Below, one piece after another: positions 63,301-64,000 of a stretch of 64,000 nucleotides of DNA (positions within the stretch are counted from its first letter, which is position 1; every line of letters starts with the position of its first letter). Origin of the DNA: the human T2T-CHM13v2.0 reference genome, Homo sapiens. Both the position numbers and the translations under genes were made by a program. The notes beneath the pieces are model-generated. The model made no database searches, was not told where the DNA came from, and saw nothing but the letters and a program-made list of their open reading frames with translations. The stretch is taken from assembly GCF_009914755.1 (NCBI RefSeq), contig NC_060937.1, one strand, 5' to 3'.

Positions 63301-64000
63301 CTTCTGTCTAGATTTTAGATGATGATATTCCCGTTTCCAACGAAATCATTAGAGCTATCCAAATATCCACTTACGGTTTCTACAAAAAGAGTGTTTCCAA
63401 ACTGCTGCATCAAAAGAGAGGTTCCACTCTGTTAGCTGAGTACACACATCACAAACTTGTTTCTGAGAATCCTTCTGTGTCGTTTTTATGGGAAGATATT
63501 TACTTTTTCACCGTAGGCATCAAAGCGCTCCAAATGTCCACATCCAGATACTCCAGAAAGAGTGTTTCAAACCTGCTCTATGAAAGGGAATCTTCAACTC
63601 TATGAGTTGAATGCAGACATCAGAAAGAAATTTCTGAGAATGCTGCTGTCTACCTTTTATTTGAATTCCCGCTTCCAACGAAATCCTCCAAGCTATCCAA
63701 ATATCCACTTGCAGATTCCACAAAAAGAGTGTTTCAAAACTGCTCTCTATCAATGGCAAAGTTCAACTCTGTTAGTTGAGGACACATATCACCAACAAGT
63801 TTCTGAGAATGCTTCTGTCTATTTTTTATGGGAAGATATTTCCTTTTTCACCGTAGGCGTCAAGGCGATCGAAATGTCCACTTCCACAAACTACAAAAAG
63901 AGTGTTTCAAACCTGCTCTATGAAAGGCCATGTTCATCTCTATGAGTCGAATGGAAATATCCGAAAGAAATTTCTGGGAATGCTGCTGTCTAGTTTTTAT
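51332..64000 (-). repeat. Domain of 678 bp A2 modules interspersed with 7-mers (A+2B, A+4B, A+2B, A+partial B)
   Basis: A2-deletion starts at 51332, 54390, 59826 and 62884, all carrying the private TTACGGTTTC variant. Confidence 0.92.
62989..63005 (-). other. Mutated CENP-B box (CpG to TpG at 62992)
   Basis: TCCTGCTTCCAACGAAA; R to C change in the pseudo-ORF at 62884. Confidence 0.9.

Larger units (their letters stand above)
1..64000 (-). repeat. Centromeric alpha-satellite higher-order repeat array (active-type, highly homogeneous), SF2 dimeric type, probably D13Z1/D21Z1 (S2C13/21H1L)
   Basis: Continuous ~170 bp monomers with alphoid motifs (minus strand CATTCTCAGAAAC, GAGCAGTTTTGAAACACTCTTTTTGTGGA). 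CENP-B boxes every ~340 bp. Near-identical repeats at 680, 1190 and 1870 bp, also visible as recurring ORFs in the track. Alpha-satellite identity is certain; the chr13/21 assignment comes from recalled sequence, the 1870 bp 11-mer and five CENP-B boxes, not from a database search. Confidence 0.97.

Noticed and set aside
338-63561. The A/B module order as an information-bearing code or a novel biological system
   Set aside because: The order is adequately explained by nested tandem duplication and unequal exchange, as traced by shared SNPs. Nothing in the sequence supports a coding or programmed function.
296-63945. About 200 short ORFs (61-127 aa) on both strands, e.g. MFQTCSMKG..., MWKMQVDIW..., MPLIESSFE...
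   Set aside because: They are translations of alpha-satellite that recur with the HOR period, overlap on both strands and mostly use non-ATG starts. They have no recognisable domain and are freely broken by stops and frameshifts (e.g. the 47762 copy is truncated to 77 aa).
1-64000. CRISPR-like regular repeat/spacer pattern suggested by the periodic 17 bp motif
   Set aside because: The intervening sequences are themselves repeated rather than unique spacers, the motif is the CENP-B box, and there are no cas genes.
1-64000. Hidden insertion (L1, Alu, HERV), inversion or non-alphoid island
   Set aside because: Module lengths account exactly for the span 338-63561 (16x680 + 7x678 + 39x1190 + 1x1188 = 63224), leaving no room for an insertion. 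All CENP-B boxes seen are in one orientation.
1-64000. Assignment to D8Z2 or D9Z4, which also have 4/7/11-mer variants
   Set aside because: The sequence matches my recollection of the alpha21-I / alphaRI-680 family (minus strand GAATTCAAATAAAAGGTAGACAGCAGCATTCTCAG) and the 1870 bp five-box 11-mer. This is disfavoured rather than formally excluded without an alignment.
1-64000. Synthetic alphoid (HAC) construct or simulated reference-model sequence
   Set aside because: No vector, tetO or lacO sequence is present. Long-range linked private variants at multi-kb offsets fit a natural contiguous assembly better, although local misassembly cannot be excluded.
1-64000. Locating the kinetochore (CENP-A domain) or centromeric transcripts in this window
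   Set aside because: These are epigenetic or expression properties and cannot be read from sequence alone.

Overview
The whole 64 kb is one uninterrupted, single-orientation array of primate (most likely human) centromeric alpha-satellite higher-order repeat (HOR). It holds about 376 monomers of ~170 bp and no genes, transposons or inversions that I could see. CENP-B boxes read in canonical orientation on the minus strand and mostly alternate with pJalpha-type monomers, as in dimeric suprachromosomal family 2. The array is built from two modules: a 680 bp 4-mer ('A', 23 copies, 7 of them a 678 bp deletion variant) and a 1190 bp 7-mer ('B', 40 complete copies plus partial copies at both ends). 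A+B gives an 1870 bp 11-mer with five CENP-B boxes and 680/340/850 bp EcoRI fragments. From recall this matches the D13Z1/D21Z1 (S2C13/21H1L, alpha21-I / alphaRI-680) HOR, and the abundance of 4- and 7-mer variants favours chromosome 13 (inference). Anchoring modules at the repeated GTGTTTCAAACCTGCTCTATGAAAGGGAATC (first at 338), the order is AB AAB AB AAAB AAB AB AB AB A5B A4B A3B AB AB AA10B A2B A4B A2B AB(partial). All ORFs in the track are repeat artefacts, and I found no evidence of a new protein-coding or RNA system. What is interesting is the evolutionary record in the SNPs: two 4-mer lineages, SNP haplotypes linked to HOR structure, cryptic super-periods (2380, 3058, 3228, 6630 and possibly 8494 bp), recombinant copies and recurrent CpG loss, including two broken CENP-B boxes. 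All comparisons were made by eye, so some variants may have been missed.
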